A stretch of 11,055 bases of DNA from a virus, in UHGV virus genome UHGV-0100061; one strand, 5' to 3'. Below, piece by piece: positions 6,234 through 11,055 of the stretch (within the stretch, counting starts at the first letter, position 1; the number at the start of each line of letters is the position of its first letter). The notes below the pieces were generated by a model, which searched no databases, was not told the origin of the DNA, and was given only the letters and a program-made list of their open reading frames with translations. Both the position numbers and the translations under genes were made by a program.

Positions 6234-6419
6234 ATGTACAAGAAAGATGTTATCGACCACTTCGGAACCCAGCGTGCGGTAGCTAAAGCGTTAGGCATTA
6301 GCGATGCAGCAGTCTCTCAGTGGAAGGAAGTCATCCCAGAGAAAGACGCCTATCGACTGGAAGTCGTTACTGCTGGCGCCCTGAAGTATCAAGAAAGTGC
6401 TTATCGCAAAGCGGCATAA
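6234..6419 (+). CDS. cro: P22-type Cro repressor
   Basis: 61-aa ORF MYKKDVIDHFGTQRAVAKALGISDAAVSQWKEVIPEKDAYRLEVVTAGALKYQESAYRKAA, an HTH protein recognised as P22 Cro. Divergent from c2 across the OR cluster. Confidence 0.9.
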   Translation: MYKKDVIDHFGTQRAVAKALGISDAAVSQWKEVIPEKDAYRLEVVTAGALKYQESAYRKAA

Positions 6420-6425
6420 GCAAAT

Positions 6426-6469
6426 TGCTCTTTAACAGTCATGGTCCTTATTCCCGCCGAAATGCGGGA
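6426..6469 (+). promoter_or_regulatory. nutR (boxA plus boxB)
   Basis: TGCTCTTTAACA (6426..6437) followed after 14 nt by TCCCGCCGAAATGCGGGA (6452..6469), identical to the nutL boxB. Lies just downstream of the cro stop. Confidence 0.7.
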
Positions 6470-6527
6470 ATACAACGCGCATCAGTTGGTGCGTATAACT
6501 TCTTATTTGTTAAGGAAATACTTACAT

Positions 6528-6806
6528 ATGCAACTTACAAGTACTCGCAAGAAAGCGAATGCAATCACAAGCAACATCCTGAATCGAATTGCTGTACGTG
6601 GTCAGCGAAAGGTTGCTGATGCATTAGGGATTAATGAATCGCAAATTTCGCGATGGAAAGACAGCTTTATCCCAAAGATGGCCATGCTTCTGGCTGTGCT
6701 GGAGTGGGGTGTTGAAGACGAGGAATTAGCAAAGCTAGCAAAGAAAGTAGCCATGGTGCTGACAAAAGAAAAGCCTCAAGACTGCTGCAACAGTTTTGAG
6801 GCCTGA
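6528..6806 (+). CDS. c1: c1 (cII-like) transcriptional activator for lysogeny establishment
   Basis: 92-aa protein from ATG 6528 (MQLTSTRKKANAITSNILNRIAVRGQRKVADALGINESQISRW...) with SD AAGGAAA at 6512..6518, recognised as P22 C1/lambda cII family. The track ORF 6441..6806 is an upstream extension in the same frame without an SD. Confidence 0.85.
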   Translation: MQLTSTRKKANAITSNILNRIAVRGQRKVADALGINESQISRWKDSFIPKMAMLLAVLEWGVEDEELAKLAKKVAMVLTKEKPQDCCNSFEA

Positions 6807-6831
6807 TGTAGAAAGACTGGATCAATCCACA
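6762..6831 (-). ncRNA. oop: oop-like antisense RNA overlapping the c1 3' end
   Basis: Minus-strand terminator: plus 6773..6802 gcctcaa-[gactgctgcaacagtt]-ttgaggc, followed on the minus strand by TTTTCTTTTGTC. Candidate promoter on the minus strand: -35 TTGAGT (plus 6861..6866), 17-bp spacer, -10 CATAAT (plus 6838..6843). Predicted transcript about 70 nt, as for lambda OOP. Confidence 0.45.
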
Positions 6832-6840
6832 GGAGTCATT

Positions 6841-7740
6841 ATGACAAATACAGCAAAAATACTCAACTTCGGCAGAGGTAACTTTACCGGACAGGAGCGT
6901 AATGTGGCAGATCTCGATGATGGTTACGCCAGACTATCAAATATGCTGCTTGAGGCTTATTCAGGCGCAGATCTGACCAAGCGACAGTTTAAAGTGCTGC
7001 TTGCCATTCTGCGTAAAACCTATGGGTGGAATAAACCAATGGACAGAATCACCGATTCTCAACTTAGCGAGATTACAAAGTTACCTGTCAAACGGTGCAA
7101 TGAAGCCAAGTTAGAACTCGTCAGAATGAATATTATCAAGCAGCAAGGCGGCATGTTTGGACCAAATAAAAACATCTCAGAATGGTGTATCCCTCAAAAC
7201 GAGGGAAAATCCCCTAAAACGAGGGATAAAACATCCCTCAAATTGGGGGATTGCTATCCCTCAAAACAGGGGGACACAAAAGACACTATTACAAAAGAAA
7301 AAAGAAAAGATTATTCGTCCGAGAATTCTGGCGAATCCTCTGACCAGCCAGAAAACGATCTTTCTGTGGTTAAACCGGATGCTGCAATTCAGAGCGGCAG
7401 TAAGTGGGGAACAGCAGAAGACCTGACCGCCGCAGAGTGGATGTTTGACATGGTGAAGACCATCGCGCCATCAGCCAGAAAACCGAATTTTGCTGGGTGG
7501 GCTAACGATATCCGCCTGATGCGTGAACGTGACGGACGTAACCACCGCGACATGTGTGTGCTGTTCCGCTGGGCATGCCAGGACAACTTCTGGTCCGGTA
7601 ACGTGCTGAGCCCGGCCAAACTCCGCGATAAGTGGACCCAACTCGAAATCAACCGTAACAAGCAACAGGCAGGCGTGACAGCCAGCAAACCAAAACTCGA
7701 CCTGACAAACACAGACTGGATTTACGGGGTGGATCTATGA
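6841..7740 (+). CDS. O: Lambda-type replication initiator O
   Basis: 299-aa protein from ATG 6841 (MTNTAKILNFGRGNFTGQERNVADLDDGYARLSNMLLEAY...) with AGGAG SD at 6831..6835, recognised as lambda O. Contains the ori iterons internally. Stop overlaps the P start (ATGA). Confidence 0.95.
   Translation: MTNTAKILNFGRGNFTGQERNVADLDDGYARLSNMLLEAYSGADLTKRQFKVLLAILRKTYGWNKPMDRITDSQLSEITKLPVKRCNEAKLELVRMNIIKQQGGMFGPNKNISEWCIPQNEGKSPKTRDKTSLKLGDCYPSKQGDTKDTITKEKRKDYSSENSGESSDQPENDLSVVKPDAAIQSGSKWGTAEDLTAAEWMFDMVKTIAPSARKPNFAGWANDIRLMRERDGRNHRDMCVLFRWACQDNFWSGNVLSPAKLRDKWTQLEINRNKQQAGVTASKPKLDLTNTDWIYGVDL
7190..7274. repeat. ori-lambda iterons (four O-binding repeats) inside O
   Basis: Four approximately 17-bp imperfect palindromes: 7190..7206 tccctcaaaacgaggga, 7210..7226 tcccctaaaacgaggga, 7234..7250 tccctcaaattggggga, 7257..7274 tccctcaaaacaggggga. 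Followed by an A-rich stretch 7275..7310 (DNA-unwinding element). Confidence 0.8.
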
Positions 7741-8438
7741 AAAACATCGCCGCACAGATGGTTAACTTTGACCGTGAGCAGATGCGTAGGATCGCCAACA
7801 ACATGCTGGAACAGTACGACGAAAAGCCGCAGGTACAGCAGGTAGCGCAGATCATCAACGGTGTGTTCAGCCAGTTACTGGCAACTTTCCCGGCGAGTCT
7901 GGCTAACCGTGACCAGAACGAACTGAACGAAATCCGCCGCCAGTGGGTTCTGGCTTTCCGGGAAAACGGGATCACCACAATGGAACAGGTTAACGCAGGA
8001 ATGCGCGTAGCCCGTCGGCAGAATCGACCATTTCTGCCATCACCCGGGCAGTTTGTTGCATGGTGCCGGGAAGAAGCATCCGTTATCGCCGGACTGCCAA
8101 ACGTCAGCGAGCTGGTTGATATGGTTTACGAGTATTGCCGGAAGCGAGGCCTGTATCCGGATGCGGAGTCTTATCCGTGGAAATCAAACGCGCACTACTG
8201 GCTGGTTACCAACCTGTATCAGAACATGCGGGCCAATGCGCTTACTGATGCGGAATTACGCCGTAAGGCCGCAGATGAGCTTGTCCATATGACTGCGAGA
8301 ATTAACCGTGGTGAGGCGATCCCTGAACCAGTAAAACAACTTCCTGTCATGGGCGGTAGACCTCTAAATCGTGCACAGGCTCTGGCGAAGATCGCAGAAA
8401 TCAAAGCTAAGTTCGGACTGAAAGGAGCAAGTGTATGA
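7737..8438 (+). CDS. P: Lambda-type replication protein P (DnaB helicase loader)
   Basis: 233-aa ORF MKNIAAQMVNFDREQMRRIANNMLEQYDEKPQVQQVAQ..., recognised as lambda P. ATGA overlaps with O (start) and ren (stop). Confidence 0.95.
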   Translation: MKNIAAQMVNFDREQMRRIANNMLEQYDEKPQVQQVAQIINGVFSQLLATFPASLANRDQNELNEIRRQWVLAFRENGITTMEQVNAGMRVARRQNRPFLPSPGQFVAWCREEASVIAGLPNVSELVDMVYEYCRKRGLYPDAESYPWKSNAHYWLVTNLYQNMRANALTDAELRRKAADELVHMTARINRGEAIPEPVKQLPVMGGRPLNRAQALAKIAEIKAKFGLKGASV

Positions 8439-8725
8439 CGGGCAAAGAGGCAATTATTCATTACCTGAGGACGCATAATAGCTTCTGTGCGCCGGACGTT
8501 GCCGCGCTAACAGGCGCAACAGTAACCAGCATAAATCAGGCCGCGGCTAAAATGGCACGGGCAGGTCTTCTGGTTATCGAAGGTAAGGTCTGGCGAACGG
8601 TGTATTACCGGTTTGCTACCAGGGAAGAACGGGAAGGAAAGATGAGCACGAACTTGGTTTTTAAGGAGTGTCGCCAGAGTGCCGCGATGAAACGGGTATT
8701 GGCGGTATATGGAGTTAAAAGATGA
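8435..8725 (+). CDS. ren: Ren (Rex exclusion resistance protein)
   Basis: 96-aa ORF MTGKEAIIHYLRTHNSFCAPDVAALTGATVTSINQAAAKMARAGLLVIEGK..., recognised as lambda Ren. Confidence 0.85.
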   Translation: MTGKEAIIHYLRTHNSFCAPDVAALTGATVTSINQAAAKMARAGLLVIEGKVWRTVYYRFATREEREGKMSTNLVFKECRQSAAMKRVLAVYGVKR

Positions 8726-8750
8726 CCATCTACATTACTGAGCTAATAAC

Positions 8751-8783
8751 AGGCCTGCTGGTAATCGCAGGCCTTTTTATTTG
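8751..8783 (+). terminator. Rho-independent terminator between ren and ninB (tR2-like)
   Basis: 8751..8774 aggcctgc-tggtaatc-gcaggcct (8-bp stem) followed by tttttattt. Confidence 0.6.
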
Positions 8784-8798
8784 GGGGAGAGGGAAGTC

Positions 8799-9239
8799 AT
8801 GAAAAAACTAACCTTTGAAATTCGATCTCCAGCACATCAGCAAAACGCTATTCACGCAGTACAGCAAATCCTTCCAGACCCAACCAAACCAATCGTAGTA
8901 ACCATTCAGGAACGCAACCGCAGCTTAGACCAAAACAGGAAGCTATGGGCCTGCTTAGGTGACGTCTCTCGTCAGGTTGAATGGCATGGTCGCTGGCTGG
9001 ATGCAGAAAGCTGGAAGTGTGTGTTTACCGCAGCATTAAAGCAGCAGGATGTTGTTCCTAACCTTGCCGGGAATGGCTTTGTGGTAATAGGCCAGTCAAC
9101 CAGCAGGATGCGTGTAAGCGAATTTGCGGAGCTATTAGAGCTTATACAGGCATTCGGTACAGAGCGTGGCGTTAAGTGGTCAGACGAAGCGCGACTGGCT
9201 CTGGAGTGGAAAGCGCGATGGGGAGACAGGGCTGCATGA
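8799..9239 (+). CDS. ninB: NinB (Orf-family recombination mediator)
   Basis: 146-aa protein from ATG 8799 (MKKLTFEIRSPAHQQNAIHAVQQILPDPTKPIVVTIQERNRSLDQNRKLW...), recognised as lambda NinB. The track ORF start at 8781 is a non-ATG upstream extension. Confidence 0.9.
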   Translation: MKKLTFEIRSPAHQQNAIHAVQQILPDPTKPIVVTIQERNRSLDQNRKLWACLGDVSRQVEWHGRWLDAESWKCVFTAALKQQDVVPNLAGNGFVVIGQSTSRMRVSEFAELLELIQAFGTERGVKWSDEARLALEWKARWGDRAA

Positions 9240-10108
9240 TAAATGTCGTTAGTTTCTCCGGTGGCAGGACGTCAGCATATTTGCTCTGGCTAATGGAGCA
9301 AAAGCGACGGGCAGGTGAAGACGTGCATTACGTTTTCATGGATACAGGTTGTGAACATCCAATGACATATCGGTTTGTCAGGGAAGTTGTGAAGTTCTGG
9401 GATATACCGCTCACCGTATTGCAGGTTGATATCAACCCAGAGCTTGGGCAGCCAAATGGTTATACGGTATGGGAACCAAAGGATATTCAGACGCGACTGC
9501 CTGTTCTGAAGCCATTTATCGATATGGTAAAGAAATATGGCACTCCATACGTCGGCGGCGCGTTCTGCACTGACAGATTAAAACTCGTTCCCTTCACCAA
9601 ATACTGTGATGACCATTTCGGGCGAGGGAATTACACCACGTGGATTGGCATCAGAGCTGATGAACCGAAGCGGCTAAAGCCAAAGCCTGGAATCAGATAT
9701 CTTGCTGAACTGTCAGACTTTGAGAAGGAAGATATCCTCGCATGGTGGAAGCAACAACCATTCGATTTGCAAATACCGGAACATCTCGGTAACTGCATAT
9801 TCTGCATTAAAAAATCAACGCAAAAAATCGGACTTGCCTGCAAAGATGAGGAGGGATTGCAGCGTGTTTTTAATGAGGTCATCACGGGATCGCATGTGCG
9901 TGACGGACATCGGGAAACGCCAAAGGAGATTATGTACCGAGGAAGAATGTCGCTGGACGGTATCGCGAAAATGTATTCAGAAAATGATTATCAAGCCCTG
10001 TATCAGGACATGGTACGAGCTAAAAGATTCGATACCGGCTCTTGTTCTGAGTCATGCGAAATATTTGGAGGGCAGCTTGATTTCGACTTCGGGAGGGAGG
10101 CTGCATGA
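9236..10108 (+). CDS. ninC: NinC (PAPS-reductase-like nin-region protein)
   Basis: 290-aa protein from ATG 9236 ([42 protein letters not shown]...), with an SGG phosphoadenosine-phosphosulfate-reductase-like motif. ATGA overlap with the ninB stop. Recognised as lambda NinC. Confidence 0.9.
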   Translation: MINVVSFSGGRTSAYLLWLMEQKRRAGEDVHYVFMDTGCEHPMTYRFVREVVKFWDIPLTVLQVDINPELGQPNGYTVWEPKDIQTRLPVLKPFIDMVKKYGTPYVGGAFCTDRLKLVPFTKYCDDHFGRGNYTTWIGIRADEPKRLKPKPGIRYLAELSDFEKEDILAWWKQQPFDLQIPEHLGNCIFCIKKSTQKIGLACKDEEGLQRVFNEVITGSHVRDGHRETPKEIMYRGRMSLDGIAKMYSENDYQALYQDMVRAKRFDTGSCSESCEIFGGQLDFDFGREAA

Positions 10109-10278
10109 TGCGATGTTATCGGTGCGGTGAATGCAAAGAAGATAACCGCTTCCGACCAAACCAACCTTACTGGAATAGATGGTGTCTCCGGTGTGAAAGA
10201 ACACCAACAGGGGTGTTACCACTACCGCAGGAAAAGGAGGACGTGTGGCGAGACAGCGACGAAGTATCACCGACATAA
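10105..10278 (+). CDS. ninD: NinD (small Cys-rich, zinc-ribbon-like protein)
   Basis: Manual translation, 57 aa: [57 protein letters not shown], with CxxC ... CxxC. ATGA overlap with the ninC stop. Absent from the supplied ORF track. Confidence 0.7.
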
Positions 10279-10421
10279 TCTGTGAAAACTGCAAATACCT
10301 TCCAACGAAACGCTCCAGAAATAAACGCAAGCCAATCCCAAAAGAATCTGACGTAAAAACCTTCAATTACACAGCTCACCTGTGGGATATCCGGTGGCTA
10401 AGACATCGTGCGAGGAAATGA
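10245..10421 (+). CDS. ninE: NinE (GTG start, overlapping the ninD 3' end by 34 nt)
   Basis: Manual translation, 58 aa: (M)[66 protein letters not shown] at 10234..10240. No in-frame ATG is available, so GTG at 10245 is used. Recognised as NinE family. Confidence 0.6.
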
Positions 10422-10423
10422 CA

Positions 10424-10765
10424 ATGGATTATTCACAGTTAAGTGATTTTGAAATTAACAGAATGGTAGGAGACATAATTTTTAAAGGCCTTTGGGCATG
10501 TAAACCGGAAACGTCAGGGAATAACACCAACAAATGGTATTACGGAAATGCTGATACAACTTTTGAGCCATTAAACCCTTTACCTGACTACTGCAATGAT
10601 CCGAGCGCTTCATGGCCGATTATTGAGAAATACAGGATTTCTATCTTAGACCAGTTAACTGAATGGTGTGTGGATGCAAAAGGCGTAAGCCCAATATTTG
10701 ATACCAGACCTCTCCGCGCCGCCATGATTGTCTTTCTCCTGATGCAGGAGGCCAATAATGCTTAG
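10424..10765 (+). CDS. Hypothetical nin-region protein (113 aa), function unknown
   Basis: [90 protein letters not shown]... Start 10424 has SD GAGGA 7 nt upstream; the alternative in-frame ATG at 10418 overlaps the ninE stop. The track start at 10382 is an extension. Confidence 0.7.
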   Translation: MDYSQLSDFEINRMVGDIIFKGLWACKPETSGNNTNKWYYGNADTTFEPLNPLPDYCNDPSASWPIIEKYRISILDQLTEWCVDAKGVSPIFDTRPLRAAMIVFLLMQEANNA

Positions 10766-10952
10766 CCCATCTCAATCCCTTCAATACCTGAAAGGAAGCA
10801 TAGAGCGGGCTTCAATGTGCACAGAGTGGATTCTATCTAGGTTTAGCGCATACAGAAGATTGCCGGTAAAGGGCATGCCAAGCAAGTCGATGCTGCATAT
10901 GCAAAAGAATGCGCGCTGGAAGGTATGGCGAGAACACAGGTTATCTGGCTGA
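10758..10952 (+). CDS. ninF: NinF-like protein, probably chimeric (N-terminal about 20 aa NinF-like, remainder unrelated)
   Basis: 64-aa [24 protein letters not shown]..., with strong SD AGGAGG at 10744..10749. N-terminus matches lambda NinF as recalled, but the Cys cluster of NinF is missing after about residue 21. Confidence 0.5.
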   Translation: MLSPSQSLQYLKGSIERASMCTEWILSRFSAYRRLPVKGMPSKSMLHMQKNARWKVWREHRLSG

Positions 10953-10975
10953 AAGAGGGGGTTATTAAGGCGTGA
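10847..10975 (+). pseudogene. ybcO-like 3' remnant (DUF1364-type nuclease C-terminus) lacking a start
   Basis: Frame-2 translation after two in-frame TAG codons (10838, 10844): [42 protein letters not shown]. Its stop overlaps the rusA GTG start as GTGA. No plausible start codon or SD for a full gene; the C-terminal about 30 aa resemble E. coli YbcO as recalled. Confidence 0.35.
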
Positions 10976-11055
10976 ATACCTACAGCATCACATTACCCTG
11001 GCCTCCGAGCAATAATCGCTATTACCGCCATAATCGCGGGCGCACGCACGTCAGC
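10972..11055 (+). CDS. rusA: RusA Holliday-junction resolvase, N-terminal 28 codons (runs off the window end)
   Basis: GTG start at 10972 followed by NTYSITLPWPPSNNRYYRHNRGRTHVS, recognised as the RusA N-terminus. SD GAGGGGG about 11 nt upstream. Confidence 0.8.
   Translation, partial: MNTYSITLPWPPSNNRYYRHNRGRTHVS

Noticed and set aside
6441-6527. N-terminal extensions of track ORFs for c1 (6441), O (6796), ninB (8781), ninC (9176) and the unknown nin protein (10382)
   Set aside because: Extensions begin at upstream in-frame or alternative start codons without SDs. Internal ATGs with good SDs and ATGA coupling give proteins of the expected lambda or P22 lengths.
6320-6619. 99-aa plus-strand ORF spanning the cro 3' end, nutR and c1 5' end
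   Set aside because: Off-frame read across two real genes and the nut site; would disrupt known regulatory elements.
7190-7274. Possibility that the four regular repeats are a short CRISPR array
   Set aside because: The repeats are imperfect palindromes of 17 to 18 bp with 3 to 7-bp gaps, inside the O coding sequence and followed by an A-rich tract. This is the classic ori-lambda iteron arrangement, not repeat-spacer architecture.
7157-8476. Track ORFs 7157..7426(+), 7389..7712(-), 7471..7665(-), 7649..7978(-), 8053..8292(+), 8219..8476(-)
   Set aside because: Shadows within O and P. The one at 7157 is the off-frame translation of the ori iteron region.
9631-10379. Track ORFs 9631..9885(-), 9702..10130(+), 10052..10366(-), 10167..10379(-)
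   Set aside because: Overlap ninC, ninD and ninE in other frames or on the antisense strand. The real small genes here are ninD and ninE on the plus strand.

Overview
This window is the early/immunity region of a mosaic lambdoid prophage; all gene identities below come from reading the translations and recalling known phage proteins, not from any database search. Leftward (minus-strand) pL operon: N-like antiterminator, ea10, cIII, kil, gam, bet, exo, a short orf60a-like ORF, then a 354-aa DGQHR-domain (DndB-like) protein followed by an intrinsic terminator and the start of a TraR/DksA-like ORF. The immunity region is P22-type (c2 repressor, cro, c1) with operator/promoter clusters on both sides and matching nutL and nutR sites sharing one boxA and boxB. 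Rightward are lambda-type O (with ori iterons), P, ren, a tR2-like terminator, ninB, ninC, ninD, ninE, an unknown 113-aa protein, a ninF-like ORF and the start of rusA; sieB lies on the plus strand converging on N. The best candidate for something undescribed is the DGQHR/DndB-like gene, a stand-alone cargo gene in the variable slot downstream of exo. Other points of note are an apparent recombination scar (chimeric ninF plus a ybcO-like 3' remnant) upstream of rusA, an oop-like antisense RNA, and the absence of ral and rexAB. No tRNA, rRNA, CRISPR array or transposase was seen.
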